The notes under the pieces were generated by a model. That model did not search any database. It worked only from the letters and a program-made list of their open reading frames with translations, and was not told the origin of the DNA. Shown here in pieces: positions 19,338-30,051 of a DNA stretch of 61,927 bases. A program made the translations under genes and the position numbers. Source of the stretch: Clostridia bacterium (GTDB lineage: Bacteria; Bacillota; Clostridia; Saccharofermentanales; UBA5734); NCBI GenBank assembly GCA_009928985.1, contig SABL01000002.1, forward strand, positions 1 through 61,927, written 5' to 3'. Position 1 is the stretch's first letter; the number at the start of each line of letters is the position of its first letter.

Positions 19338-20273
19338 ATGCCACTGGTAAACACCACGGAAATGTTCAAGAAAGCCTATGAGGGTGGCTACGCCATCGGT
19401 GCTTTCAACGTCAACAACATGGAAATCATTCAGGGTATCACCGAAGCAGCCAAGGAACTCAACGCTCCCCTGATCCTGCAAGTTTCTGCCGGCGCCCGTA
19501 AATATGCCAACCACACCTACCTGGTCAAGCTCGTCGAAGCTGCCCTCCAGGTCACCGATCTGCCGATCGCCCTCCACCTCGACCATGGCGATTCCTTCGA
19601 GCTTTGCAAAGACTGCATCGACGGCGGTTTCACCTCCGTCATGATCGACGGATCCCACCACAGCTACGAAGAAAACGTCGAACTGACCAAAAAGGTCGTC
19701 GAATATGCCCATGCCCGCGGCGTCACCGTTGAAGCCGAACTCGGCCGCCTTGCCGGCGTCGAAGACGACGTCAATGTTTCTGCTGAGGATGCCTCCTACA
19801 CCAATCCCGACCAGGTCGTTGACTTCGTCACCCGCACCGGCTGCGACTCCCTGGCGATCGCCATCGGCACCAGCCACGGCGCTTTCAAGTTCAAACCCGG
19901 CCAGAAGCCCCAGCTGCGCTTCGATATCCTCGAAGAGATCGAACGCCGCCTGCCTGGCTTCCCGATCGTCCTGCACGGCGCCAGCTCCGTCATCCCGGAA
20001 TTTGTTGACATGATCAATGCCAACGGCGGCAAGATGGACCACGCCATCGGCATTCCGGAAGACATGCTCCGCCAGGCTGCCAAGAGCGCCGTCTGCAAGA
20101 TCAACATCGACTCCGACCTGCGCCTGGCCATGACCGCCACCATCCGCAAGTACTTCGCTGACAATCCAGGTCACTTCGATCCCCGCCAGTATCTGGCCCC
20201 CGCTCGCAAAGCGATCAAAGACATGGTTGCCCGCAAGATTACCAATGTCCTCGGCTGCGACGGCAAAGCCTGA
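19338..20273 (+). CDS. fba: Class II fructose-1,6-bisphosphate aldolase
   Basis: 311 aa with FNVNNME, LHLDHG and GTSHGAFKF. AAAGGAG RBS. Confidence 0.95.
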   Translation: MPLVNTTEMFKKAYEGGYAIGAFNVNNMEIIQGITEAAKELNAPLILQVSAGARKYANHTYLVKLVEAALQVTDLPIALHLDHGDSFELCKDCIDGGFTSVMIDGSHHSYEENVELTKKVVEYAHARGVTVEAELGRLAGVEDDVNVSAEDASYTNPDQVVDFVTRTGCDSLAIAIGTSHGAFKFKPGQKPQLRFDILEEIERRLPGFPIVLHGASSVIPEFVDMINANGGKMDHAIGIPEDMLRQAAKSAVCKINIDSDLRLAMTATIRKYFADNPGHFDPRQYLAPARKAIKDMVARKITNVLGCDGKA

Positions 20274-20367
20274 TTCTAGTCTTCATACTCTGGTTTTCTC
20301 TTAGGATGCAGCACTAAATCGGCGCGGTTTCCCATGAGACGTTATATTCATTTGATTTCAATTGACT

Positions 20368-20397
20368 GGCAGACAGCAGACCATGCTGTCTGCCTTT
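20368..20397 (+). terminator. Hairpin terminator after fba
   Basis: GGCAGACAGC-N7-GCTGTCTGCC followed by TTT. Confidence 0.5.
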
Positions 20398-20420
20398 ACC
20401 ATAATTAGGGAGGACTCATC

Positions 20421-21389
20421 ATGCGCAAATGGAAAATGCCTGGAACCGACTGGTGGATCTCGGGGATTGTCATGGGCACCGGGAATTTTTGCCAGCATAC
20501 CGAAGCAGAGGCGCTGCGCCTGATGGACCACTTTGCTGAGCATGACGGCAATCTGCTCGACACAGCCAATAGTTACTGCAAGCAGCGACCCGGTGATCAG
20601 AACATCGCCGAACAGATCGTCGGCCGCTGGCTGCGTGAATCTGCCGCAGCCAAAGACATGCTGGTCAGTACGAAGGGCGGGCATACGCTGAGTGCTGATT
20701 TTGCACCAGCTCACATGGATCGGAACGAGATCGAAGCCGAGCTCGACCTCAGTCTTTCCACTCTGGGGCGCGAGACGATCGATTTGTATTACCTGCATCG
20801 CGATGATCCCAGCCAACCCGTCGAAGCCCTGCTTGAGATCCTGCGTGACTTTCGCCGCCAGGGCAAAATCCGCTATTTCGGACTTTCCAACTGGTCAACG
20901 GACCGCATCCATGAAGCCATTAACTTGGAAAAACAAGCCAGCGACCGCGGCCTGGTGGCTGTCCAGAATCGCTGGAGCCTGGTCCGATACAATGACCAGG
21001 CTGCCAACGACCCCCATCTGGTGGCCATGGACTGGCAATCCTGGGATCTGTTCCGCCAGGAACAACTGACCGTTATGCCCTATTCGTCGCTGGGCAAGGG
21101 TTATTTCAGCAAATATTTGCAGAATACTTGTGAAATGACCGAGAAGCTGCGTCGCTACTATGAAAACGACCTCAACAAAAAACGGGCCGAAGCCTTGCGC
21201 CAGATTCACAAAGAAACCGGCTACAGCATCAGTCAGCTGGTCCTGGCCTGGCTGATGCATCAGCCACTGCCCGTGTATCCCGTCGCGGCGTTCCGGCGCA
21301 GTGACCAATTGCATGATGCGGTCGGCGCTGCTGCGATCAACCTGTCCTACGAGATGATGGAACGGCTGGGTGCTGGTGAACCCTGGTGA
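20421..21389 (+). CDS. Aldo/keto reductase
   Basis: 322 aa. DTANSY, IDLYYLHRDD and GKIRYFGLSNW blocks. GGGAGG RBS. Confidence 0.9.
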   Translation: MRKWKMPGTDWWISGIVMGTGNFCQHTEAEALRLMDHFAEHDGNLLDTANSYCKQRPGDQNIAEQIVGRWLRESAAAKDMLVSTKGGHTLSADFAPAHMDRNEIEAELDLSLSTLGRETIDLYYLHRDDPSQPVEALLEILRDFRRQGKIRYFGLSNWSTDRIHEAINLEKQASDRGLVAVQNRWSLVRYNDQAANDPHLVAMDWQSWDLFRQEQLTVMPYSSLGKGYFSKYLQNTCEMTEKLRRYYENDLNKKRAEALRQIHKETGYSISQLVLAWLMHQPLPVYPVAAFRRSDQLHDAVGAAAINLSYEMMERLGAGEPW

Positions 21390-21410
21390 AGTCAACGTTC
21401 AATAGGTTGC

Positions 21411-21902
21411 TCAGAGCCGGACCCGGCACCCATGTTGTTCCTGCAGTTCAGCCAGGCGGTTGCACTCTTCACGTAGCTTGAGTCGGTATTCGCGACGCAG
21501 CAGGGCATTCTCCCATTCTTTTTGCTGGACAACACCATTGGGGACAAATGGTTTGACTGGCTTGGGATTGCCTTCGTCGTCAACGGCGACAAACAGCAGG
21601 TAGGCCCGGTTGACCAGATGCTGGTCCCCGTTGAGCGCTTCCCGATAGGTTTCGACGCGGACTTCGATCGAAGTCCGGCCGGTCCAGGTCACCTCGGCTT
21701 CAAGGATCAACAGATCGTTGAGATGGACCGGGGCAATGAATTCCAGGGCATCGACTGTGGCTGTCGTTACTTCGCTGGCTGCGTGACGCCGTGCTGCCGA
21801 AGCCGCGGTGACATCGATCCATTCCATCAGCCGGCCGCCAAACAGCCGGTTGGTATTGTTGACGTGAGAATGCATGACAATCTGGACATGAGTGGTGCGC
21901 AT
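21411..21902 (-). CDS. Acyl-CoA thioesterase (hotdog fold)
   Basis: MRTTHVQIVMHSHVNNTNRLFGGRLMEWID... is typical of acyl-CoA hydrolases. I prefer the ATG at 21902 over the upstream TTG at 21932. Confidence 0.8.
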   Translation of the reverse strand: MRTTHVQIVMHSHVNNTNRLFGGRLMEWIDVTAASAARRHAASEVTTATVDALEFIAPVHLNDLLILEAEVTWTGRTSIEVRVETYREALNGDQHLVNRAYLLFVAVDDEGNPKPVKPFVPNGVVQQKEWENALLRREYRLKLREECNRLAELQEQHGCRVRL

Positions 21903-22055
21903 GGGAATACCTGCTTTTCTTTTAAAATTCAACTCATCTTATTTTAGCGTGTCTCAGGATGAGGGGGAAGACTGGTAACCGATGGTTTCGCATCTTGGGC
22001 CGGAATATGCTACGGTAATGGCAGTCATAGGCCAGACCGGACAGGAGGGAAGCCC

Positions 22056-22799
22056 GTGAACGCTCATGCCGATTCAGCTGCGTCAAAACCAAAGCAAAAT
22101 ACCCCCAAGGCAACCGGATCAGCATCTGACCTTCAGATGGAAAAGCAAGCCTTGCGCCGTCATCTGGCCCTTCTCCGGGAAAAGCTGCTGCCACAGCAGG
22201 CCTCAGACTGGTCTGAGGCGATCGGTCGCCAGTTGCTGGCCAGTGCCCTGCTTGCATCCATGGTGTCAGCCCGAGACGCCCAAACGATTCAGAACGGGAT
22301 CGAACACCCTGGCATCGGCTTGTTTATGGCCATGCGCCAGGAAGTCGATTTCCAGCAGGTCTGGCAACCATTGCGTACGCACGGTTTTCGCTTGTGTTTC
22401 CCGCGCATGACCCGGTCTGAGGACCGCACGGATCTCGAATTCCTGGCCATTCCGGACCAGGAAGATCCAGCCAGACACTTGGTCCAGAGTCGCTTTGGTG
22501 TTCGCGAGCCAGCCCCGGCGACCTCTCAGAATGGTCTTTCACCTTGTGATCCGGCCATCATCCTGCTTCCCGGCCTGGGTTTTGACTTGGCCGGCAATCG
22601 CCTCGGCTGGGGTCAGGGCTACTACGACCATTATCTCGCCCGTCGCCTGGCACAAAATCCAGTGAACCATCCGATCCTGATCGGCGTTGCGTACCCCTTT
22701 CAGATCCTGGACCAGATACCTTCCGGCACCAATGACATTCCAGTCGACTACCTGCTCAGCCCGGCTGGTCTGGTAAAAACAAGACACAACGGACGCTGA
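22056..22799 (+). CDS. 5-formyltetrahydrofolate cyclo-ligase
   Basis: GLGFDLAGNRLGWGQGYYDHYL signature. The start is uncertain: GTG at 22056 or ATG at 22137. Confidence 0.85.
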   Translation: MNAHADSAASKPKQNTPKATGSASDLQMEKQALRRHLALLREKLLPQQASDWSEAIGRQLLASALLASMVSARDAQTIQNGIEHPGIGLFMAMRQEVDFQQVWQPLRTHGFRLCFPRMTRSEDRTDLEFLAIPDQEDPARHLVQSRFGVREPAPATSQNGLSPCDPAIILLPGLGFDLAGNRLGWGQGYYDHYLARRLAQNPVNHPILIGVAYPFQILDQIPSGTNDIPVDYLLSPAGLVKTRHNGR

Positions 22800-22854
22800 C
22801 ACAGATAGGAAATCAACCAGCTGACATCTGTCACACAATCCCAGGGAGGTGTTC

Positions 22855-23589
22855 ATGATGAAACTGACCATTCTCGGCGCCTCTGGCGCATTTCCGGCAC
22901 CCGGAACCGCAACCTCCGGCTATCTGCTGGAGATCGACGGCCACCATGTCCTGATCGATTGCGGCAGTGGTGTCCTGTCCCGACTGCAAGATCATATCCG
23001 CCTTGACCAGCTCGAGGCGATCATCCTGACCCATCTCCATTCCGACCATACCAGTGACATTGGAGTGCTCAAATACGCCATGGACCTGGGCCGCAAATTC
23101 GGCCAGCCGATCGGAAAAATCCCGCTCTGGTCACCGGCTACGCCGCAACCACTGGCCATCGCCCTGGAAAGTCCGGACAATTTCGAACAGCGTACCCTCA
23201 AGGACGATCAGTCGTTCGAGTTGTTCGGCGCGACCATCCGTTGTTTTGCCACCGAACACCCGTTTGAAACCTACGGCCTGCGGATTGAAAAAGACGGCAA
23301 AGTCCTGGCCACCACGGCGGACACGATTCCCTGCGCCAACCTCGCACCGTTGCTGCGCGCAGCTGACCTGGCCCTGATGGATGCCGGATCCCTTGAGCGC
23401 CTGCGTGCGCCAGCCATGGTACACCTCACTGCAGCCGAATGTGGCCAGATTGCCTCGGACAACCAGGTCCACCGCCTGCTCCTGATCCACCTGCTTCCAT
23501 TTTTCGACCCAGAAGAAACTCTTGCCGAAGCCAGGACTCATTTCCCCAACGCAGAAATTGCCCAACCAGGCCGGACCTATGTCATCTGA
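22855..23589 (+). CDS. MBL-fold metallo-hydrolase
   Basis: LTHLHSDHTSD motif. ATG at 22855 lies after a GGGAGG RBS. The track ORF starts at the GTG at 22849. Confidence 0.85.
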   Translation: MMKLTILGASGAFPAPGTATSGYLLEIDGHHVLIDCGSGVLSRLQDHIRLDQLEAIILTHLHSDHTSDIGVLKYAMDLGRKFGQPIGKIPLWSPATPQPLAIALESPDNFEQRTLKDDQSFELFGATIRCFATEHPFETYGLRIEKDGKVLATTADTIPCANLAPLLRAADLALMDAGSLERLRAPAMVHLTAAECGQIASDNQVHRLLLIHLLPFFDPEETLAEARTHFPNAEIAQPGRTYVI

Positions 23590-23647
23590 TAAGAAAACAC
23601 CTGACGGCAGGGGCTTGATTTGTGAAAACCGTCAGCACGCGAATGCT

Positions 23648-23675
23648 TTGCACCATGACGGAAGATGGTTACAAT
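23648..23675 (+). promoter_or_regulatory. Candidate promoter TTGCAC-16-TACAAT for the ACT/UPF0210 pair
   Basis: Hexamers at 23648-23653 and 23670-23675. Confidence 0.4.
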
Positions 23676-23710
23676 AGAGTGATACAAAAAACGAGAATGA
23701 GGTAAGCCCC

Positions 23711-23998
23711 ATGCCAGATTCAAACAAGCATACAGCCGTGATCACAGTCGTCGGCCAGGACCGGGTTGGCATCATCGCCCGCGTGGCCACCGAGCTGGCA
23801 GCCTTGTCAGTCAACATCAACGACATCTCCCAGACCATCCTGCAGGACGTTTTCACCATGATCATGCTGGTTGACTACAGCACGATGCCGATCGACATCA
23901 AGGAGCTGGCCCACCGCATGGAGACACTCGGCGACGAGATGGGCCTTAGCATCCGTGTCCAGCATTCCGACATTTTCAAGGCCATGCACCGCGTCTGA
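23711..23998 (+). CDS. ACT domain-containing protein (UPF0237 family)
   Basis: 95 aa with VITVVGQDRVGIIARV. This is the usual upstream partner of UPF0210. Confidence 0.85.
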   Translation: MPDSNKHTAVITVVGQDRVGIIARVATELAALSVNINDISQTILQDVFTMIMLVDYSTMPIDIKELAHRMETLGDEMGLSIRVQHSDIFKAMHRV

Positions 23999-24028
23999 GC
24001 CTATCTTTGATTATTATGGGGAAACAAC

Positions 24029-25387
24029 ATGTTTAACGATTTTGAAATTCTGGAAACCCTCAGCATGTTTCGTGAGCAGCACCTGGACGTGCGCACGATC
24101 ACGATGGGGATCAATTTGCTCGACTGCGCCTCTGATTCATCCGAGAGGGCCTGCCAGCGCATCTATGACAAGATCTGCCGCAAGGCCGAAAACCTCGTCA
24201 AAACAGGCGAGGACATCAGCCATGAGTTCGGTATCCCGATCATCAACAAGCGTGTCTCTGTCACACCGATCTCGATGGTAGCCGCATCCGGTGATTCCAC
24301 CGATTACACGATGTACGCCCGGGCACTCGATCGCGCGGCCGAGACCATCGGTGTCAATTTCATCGGCGGTTATTCAGCCCTCGTCCACAAAGGATTCACC
24401 GACTCCGACCGCCGTTTGATCGAATCGATTCCCGAGGCCTTGTCCTCAACCAATCTCGTCTGCTCGTCAGTCAATCTTGCCACCTCGCGCACGGGGATCA
24501 ATATGGACGCCGTGCGCCTGATGGGTACGATCATCAAGGAGCTGGCGGAGAAAACTGCCGCCCAGGACGCTTTTGGTTGTGCCAAGCTCGTCGTCTTTGC
24601 CAATGCTCCAGAAGACAACCCGTTCATGGCCGGCGCCTTCACCGGCCCAGGCGAACCAGAGTGCGTGATCAATGTCGGTGTCAGTGGCCCCGGCGTCGTC
24701 AAGACCGCCCTCGAATCTGCCCGCGGCCAGGATCTCGAGCGTGTCGCCGAGACGATCAAACGATCCGCATTCAAGATCACCCGAGTCGGCCAGCTCGTTG
24801 CCCGCGAGGCCAGCAAGCGCCTCGGGGTGCCATTTGGCATCATCGACCTGTCATTGGCCCCGACACCGGTTGTCGGCGACTCGATCGCCCGCATCCTGGA
24901 GGAGTTTGGTCTTGAGACTGCCGGCGCCTGGGGTACGACAGCGGCCCTGGCCATGCTGAATGATGCCGTGAAAAAAGGTGGCACCATGGCTTCTTCCTAT
25001 GTCGGCGGCCTGTCCGGGGCATTCATCCCGGTCAGCGAAGATGAAGGCATGATTGCAGCCGTCGAACTCGGCGCCCTCAGCCTGGAGAAACTCGAAGCCA
25101 TGACCTCGGTCTGTTCAGTCGGCATCGATATGGTCGCCATCCCCGGGGACGTACCCGCGACCACCATTTCTGCCATCATCGCCGATGAAATGGCAATCGG
25201 CACTTTCAACAACAAGACCACCGCTGTGCGCATCATCCCGGTCCCGGGCAAGACCGTCGGCGACAAGGTCCACTACGGCGGTCTACTGGGTTCGGCACCG
25301 ATCATGTTTGTCAATCCGGCCTCTTCAGCGGCTTTCATTGAACGGGGCGGCCGAATCCCGGCTCCCATCCACAGCATGAAAAACTAA
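24029..25387 (+). CDS. PFL-like UPF0210 (DUF711) family protein
   Basis: 452 aa. [24 protein letters not shown] and the C-terminal ...[11 protein letters not shown] are typical of UPF0210. Confidence 0.9.
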   Translation: MFNDFEILETLSMFREQHLDVRTITMGINLLDCASDSSERACQRIYDKICRKAENLVKTGEDISHEFGIPIINKRVSVTPISMVAASGDSTDYTMYARALDRAAETIGVNFIGGYSALVHKGFTDSDRRLIESIPEALSSTNLVCSSVNLATSRTGINMDAVRLMGTIIKELAEKTAAQDAFGCAKLVVFANAPEDNPFMAGAFTGPGEPECVINVGVSGPGVVKTALESARGQDLERVAETIKRSAFKITRVGQLVAREASKRLGVPFGIIDLSLAPTPVVGDSIARILEEFGLETAGAWGTTAALAMLNDAVKKGGTMASSYVGGLSGAFIPVSEDEGMIAAVELGALSLEKLEAMTSVCSVGIDMVAIPGDVPATTISAIIADEMAIGTFNNKTTAVRIIPVPGKTVGDKVHYGGLLGSAPIMFVNPASSAAFIERGGRIPAPIHSMKN

Positions 25388-25405
25388 CCACAGGAACGCA
25401 CGACT

Positions 25406-27184
25406 ATGCCGATCATGAGTTCACAGGCTTACGAGCGCTTTTTCGAGGAAACGATCGATTTACGGTCGGTCCTGATTGGCGTGCAAGAGCTGCCGCCTTT
25501 CCCGGGTAAAAAATCAGGCCCCTGGTACCGGCTATACCTGATTCTCGAGGCGGCTATTCTGCTGCTGAACGAGGAACCGGACGCAGCCCGCGACAGGCTG
25601 GCCCAGGTCGACTTGGCGGATCCTCCGATGCAAATCGAGTGGCTGGTGGAATTACTGCTTTCTGCCGAAACTGGCAGTCTGGAATTCGCCCTGGATCACG
25701 TCAACGCCGTCATCGAAGGCATCGAATCGGGTGAGTCCAAACCTCTGGACCTGCGGCCAAAGGCAGCCTATATTTTCGAATTCCGCCAGACCCGGCGCTG
25801 GGCCTACGTTCTGCGCTTGTTCCTGACCTCTCGCCTGCCAGAGATCACGCCGGACCATATCGCCCGTTGCCGTCATGACCTCGCAGCCGCCCGGGAGGCT
25901 GGCATATCCGAAGCCACCTTGCTGCGGATGGACTTTCTGATCCGGATCAGCCTGGCTCGCCAGCTGCGTTCTGTTGAGCAGGTCCTCGTCGCAGCCCGGG
26001 ACTGGCAAGAACTGTGCCGGGAGCATCCCGAATATGGCTCTGGCCTGGAATACCATCTCGAGGCAATCCTCGCACTCGAGTTTGACAGCCGTTTCACGGA
26101 GGCCCTCGACTGGATTGAAGAGTGCCTGCCCCTGATCGATGAAACCTACGAAATCCTGGCTGTCAAAGCTCGGATTCTCAAGCGGATTGGCCGGATCGAG
26201 GAAAGCCTTCTGGTCAGTGAATTCCTGATCGAGCGCTATCCGCATGATTTTGCCGGCTATACCCTGCGTTCCAACGCCCACTTCCTGCTGGGCGACAACG
26301 AAAAAGCCATGGCCGATGCCCAGCTGGCCGTGATCATGGACCCGGACAACCCCAATAGCTATCTGGCCCGGGCCTTTGTCTTGCTCCAGATCGGCAATTA
26401 CAAGGATGCCCTGGTCGATTTTGAAAAAACGCTCGAGCTCGATCCTTTGCGCTATGACGCCATGCGTGGCCAGGGCAAATGTCTCTCCATGCTCGGCCAC
26501 GATTTTGCCGCCCTCGAGAGCTTCCAGCGCCTGCGCCGGACCTATCCGGATGACCCGGAGGTCTACTACGAAATTGCCGATGTCCTGTTTGCTGCCGGCT
26601 ACCTCGATGACTGTGAAAAAGCCTGCCGCGAGTGCCTGCGTCTCGACAGCAGCTTTGTCAGCGCCTATGTCATCCTGGGCATGATCGCCATGCGCCGCAA
26701 TGACGACGACAAAGCACGCCACTTGTTGAACAAGGCAGTCGACATGGAGCCGGACAACCCCTTTGCCCTCAACGAACTCTCCTACCTCAGCCATCTCGAC
26801 GGCGACGAAGACCGGGCGATCGAGCTGGTCAACCGGGCCATCGCCGAGTCGCCGGACTATGCCGATGCCCTCTGCAACAAAGGCATCATCCATTATTTCC
26901 GCAGTGAATTTGACCAGGCCAACCAGGTCTTTGAACAAACCCTGCGCCTGATGCCCGACCATGTCGGTGCCTTGGTTGGCAAAGCCAATACCCTGGTCCA
27001 GCTCAACGAATTCGACGAGGCCAATCGCCTCTACGATGCCGCCCTCATCCTAGATCCGGACAATCTCGACGCTTGCCACGGCAAGATCATGCTCTATCGC
27101 ATGCTCGGCCTCGACGACGAGGTCCGCTACTGGCAAGACAAGGCCGGCAAACTGGAACAGGAAGAAGAAGAGGCTGGCGAATAA
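25406..27184 (+). CDS. Tetratricopeptide (TPR) repeat protein
   Basis: The C-terminal 300 aa contain at least 8 consecutive TPR units (e.g. YLARAFVLLQIGNYKDALVDFEKTLELDP). Acidic tail. Confidence 0.85.
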   Translation: MPIMSSQAYERFFEETIDLRSVLIGVQELPPFPGKKSGPWYRLYLILEAAILLLNEEPDAARDRLAQVDLADPPMQIEWLVELLLSAETGSLEFALDHVNAVIEGIESGESKPLDLRPKAAYIFEFRQTRRWAYVLRLFLTSRLPEITPDHIARCRHDLAAAREAGISEATLLRMDFLIRISLARQLRSVEQVLVAARDWQELCREHPEYGSGLEYHLEAILALEFDSRFTEALDWIEECLPLIDETYEILAVKARILKRIGRIEESLLVSEFLIERYPHDFAGYTLRSNAHFLLGDNEKAMADAQLAVIMDPDNPNSYLARAFVLLQIGNYKDALVDFEKTLELDPLRYDAMRGQGKCLSMLGHDFAALESFQRLRRTYPDDPEVYYEIADVLFAAGYLDDCEKACRECLRLDSSFVSAYVILGMIAMRRNDDDKARHLLNKAVDMEPDNPFALNELSYLSHLDGDEDRAIELVNRAIAESPDYADALCNKGIIHYFRSEFDQANQVFEQTLRLMPDHVGALVGKANTLVQLNEFDEANRLYDAALILDPDNLDACHGKIMLYRMLGLDDEVRYWQDKAGKLEQEEEEAGE

Positions 27185-27195
27185 TCGCCAGCCTC
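27170..27195. terminator. Hairpin spanning the TPR stop codon, between convergent genes
   Basis: GAGGCTGGCGA-ATAA-TCGCCAGCCTC, followed by only a TT tail. Confidence 0.4.
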
Positions 27196-27234
27196 TTCCA
27201 AATAGCAGCCAGACTGACATGCATCAGAGATTGA

Positions 27235-28653
27235 TCAGGGGTTTTCCCAGACGTACTTCATTTCGGCACCAAGCAGGATGTTCTCACTCGACAACAAGAA
27301 CAAGACTTGGTCAATGTCATTTTCTTTCATGTACGAGCTGATCCCAAAGTCATAATCATCATCTGATTGCATCATTTTTTCCAAGTTGACGAAAACCGTC
27401 TTGCGGAAATGGCTGGCCACCAACTGGCGGATCGGATTGCTCATCGAGTCGGAAATGATCAGGATGTCGCCGCGATCCTCTCGCCCGGTGTTGAATTCGA
27501 TGAACGGCTCGCGCTTCTGGAGCAGGTGGTTGTAATGGTCATAGCCACGCTCCTTGGGCTGGTCATCCGCCAGATAGAGCGAAATGTTGCCGTACTCGGC
27601 CGGCTTTTCGCCGTTGACCAGGATCTCCATGTGCGGATAATCAAACAGCAGCAGGTTCATCGGGTCCGGCTGGATGTCGAGCGACAGGGCCGCCATGCGG
27701 GCCAGGGAGCCTTCCAGGGACACTCGGTTAAAATTGACCCGGTTGACCGGTTCCAGAACAGGTTCGTCCGGTCCGTATAGGAAGCGGATCAGGCTGACAT
27801 AGCCCTTGTACGCGCCCAGATCGGTCCAGTGGTGGTCGGTGCGGTAGAAATTGTTGATCAAGTCGGTGGGAGACTCGATCCGGAAAATATCGTGCGGCAC
27901 CTGGAGGTTGTCCAGCGTGGCCTGGATCGTGCCCAGGTTGCTTTGCGGATAGACCAGATGGCTCAGACGCGGTGTTTCGATCAGGAAGACCATTTCCTCT
28001 CGAGGAGCGATCGAGCTGGCAAAGTCGTTGAAAAACTCGACGTTCTTGTTGACGACATAGAGCTGGTCAGGGTTGAAGTCGACCGCCGCCCGGACCAGGC
28101 GCAGCTCGTCGGCGACCTGCATCAGGCTGACCTCGGCATTGACCGGCGTCATCGTGACTGGTGTATTCGGTGCCAGCTGCTTTTCCTCAACACCAATAAA
28201 ATTGATGTATTCGCTGTTGAAGTCATAGGGACTCTCAACCTCGACCGGCTCAGTCTCGACTGGCTTGATCGTCACAGCCGGGGTTGGTGTCGCGACCGGT
28301 TCATCCGTTGGACCGGAAGGTGAGGTCGGCGGCGTGGTCGGATCGGGTACCACGACGATCTGGCTGGAAGGTGCTTTGCCGAGGGCCTGGCGGGTCAGCA
28401 AGGTCAGCTGGTACTGCATCCGGGTGTAGGATTTCACCCACAGGCTGCGCTTGGGGAAATGGTCCGCCAGGACACTTTCGATGCTTTGCTGGAAATCGGT
28501 CGAGAGCCAATTGGTGATCGTGAGTGGCTCTGAAGCCGCCAGATCGCGGTTTTCCAAGACCGAGAACTCTTCCTGGTTGCGGAAACCGAGGATAAATCCA
28601 CCCAGAACCAGAGTAAGCGAGATAAACACGATGGCGAAGATTTTATTACGCAT
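27235..28653 (-). CDS. DHHW family protein (SGNH-like, AlgX/DltD-type O-acylation accessory)
   Basis: N-terminal TM helix. The literal motif FYRTDHHWTDLGAYKGY is present, along with a Pro/Thr-rich linker. Confidence 0.8.
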   Translation of the reverse strand: MRNKIFAIVFISLTLVLGGFILGFRNQEEFSVLENRDLAASEPLTITNWLSTDFQQSIESVLADHFPKRSLWVKSYTRMQYQLTLLTRQALGKAPSSQIVVVPDPTTPPTSPSGPTDEPVATPTPAVTIKPVETEPVEVESPYDFNSEYINFIGVEEKQLAPNTPVTMTPVNAEVSLMQVADELRLVRAAVDFNPDQLYVVNKNVEFFNDFASSIAPREEMVFLIETPRLSHLVYPQSNLGTIQATLDNLQVPHDIFRIESPTDLINNFYRTDHHWTDLGAYKGYVSLIRFLYGPDEPVLEPVNRVNFNRVSLEGSLARMAALSLDIQPDPMNLLLFDYPHMEILVNGEKPAEYGNISLYLADDQPKERGYDHYNHLLQKREPFIEFNTGREDRGDILIISDSMSNPIRQLVASHFRKTVFVNLEKMMQSDDDYDFGISSYMKENDIDQVLFLLSSENILLGAEMKYVWENP

Positions 28654-28670
28654 GAATAACTTTCTGTCGT

Positions 28671-30050
28671 TTAGTCAGCAAAACGCTGCCGGGCATGGTC
28701 GATCGCTGCCCGGACGGTGTCCGCATTGGGGGCTCCGGTGATCAGACGTTGCGAAACACAGGTTTCCAGACTGATCGCCTCATAGATGTCGATTTCGATC
28801 AGGCTGGAATACTGCTTGAATTCGTCCAGCGTCAGGTCCTCGAGGGCACAGGTTCTGGACACGCAGAGCTTGACCAGCTTGCCGGACACTTCATGAGCCT
28901 CGCGGAAGGGCAGGCCTTTCTTGACCAGATAATCGGCCAGGTCCGTGGCGTTGGTGAATCCACCGGCGGCAGCCTGGCGCATGCGGTCTGGGCGGACGGT
29001 CAAGGTCGCCATCATGCCGGTGAAGGCCGGCAGGCATAAAAGGACCGTATCAATCGCGTCGAAAATGGCTTCCTTGTCTTCCTGCATGTCCTTGTTATAG
29101 GCCAGGGGCAGGCCCTTCATCATGGTCAGCAAGGTCATCAGCGAGCCAAAAACGCGGCCTGATTTGCCTCGGGTCAGCTCAGCTACATCCGGATTTTTCT
29201 TCTGTGGCATGATCGATGAACCGGTGCTAAAAGCATCGTCGAGCTCGATGAAAGCAAATTCCTGGCTCGACCAGAGGATGACTTCTTCACTCAGGCGGGA
29301 AAGGTGCATCATGAAGATCGACAGCACACCGGCCAGCTCGAGCGCAAAGTCGCGGTCGGAGACCCCGTCGAGGCTGTTCTGGGTGATCGCTGCAAAACCC
29401 AGCTCGCGGGCGACCATCGCGCGATCGAGCGGATAGGTCGTACCGGCCAGGGCACCGGAGCCAAGTGGCAGGACATCCATGCGGCGCACACAATCATCAA
29501 GCCGGCTGATGTCTCGCGCCAGCATTTCCACATAAGCCATCAGGTGATGGCCAAAGGTGATCGGCTGGGCCCGCTGCAGATGCGTGTATCCGGGCAGGAT
29601 CGTCCCGGTGTTCTGCTCGGCCATGTCCAAAAGGACGCCATAGAGCTGGAGCATGCTTTCACGGATGCCTTGGGCTTCATCACGCAGATAGAGGCGCAAA
29701 TCGAGGGCGACCTGGTCATTGCGGCTGCGCCCCGTATGCAGGCGCTTGCCAGCATCGCCGATCCGGGCTGTCAATTCAGCCTCGATGAACATGTGGATAT
29801 CTTCGGCATTGGGGTCGAAAGGCAGGTGTCCTGCTTCGATATCCGCGCCGATCTGGCCAAGACCGGTCACAATCGCTTCGACATCCTCTGCAGTGAGGAT
29901 GCCGATCGAACCGAGCATACGGGCATGAGCCTGACTGCCCCGGATGTCCTGGCGGAACATCCGGGCGTCAAAGGCGATCGAAGAATTGTAGGCATTGACG
30001 GCCAGGTCTGTCGCTTTGGCGAAGCGGCCGTCCCACATTTTTTTGGTCAT
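28671..30050 (-). CDS. argH: Argininosuccinate lyase
   Basis: 459 aa. GSSIMPQKKNPD signature and HTGRSRNDQV. Confidence 0.96.
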   Translation of the reverse strand: MTKKMWDGRFAKATDLAVNAYNSSIAFDARMFRQDIRGSQAHARMLGSIGILTAEDVEAIVTGLGQIGADIEAGHLPFDPNAEDIHMFIEAELTARIGDAGKRLHTGRSRNDQVALDLRLYLRDEAQGIRESMLQLYGVLLDMAEQNTGTILPGYTHLQRAQPITFGHHLMAYVEMLARDISRLDDCVRRMDVLPLGSGALAGTTYPLDRAMVARELGFAAITQNSLDGVSDRDFALELAGVLSIFMMHLSRLSEEVILWSSQEFAFIELDDAFSTGSSIMPQKKNPDVAELTRGKSGRVFGSLMTLLTMMKGLPLAYNKDMQEDKEAIFDAIDTVLLCLPAFTGMMATLTVRPDRMRQAAAGGFTNATDLADYLVKKGLPFREAHEVSGKLVKLCVSRTCALEDLTLDEFKQYSSLIEIDIYEAISLETCVSQRLITGAPNADTVRAAIDHARQRFAD

Positions 30051-30051
30051 A

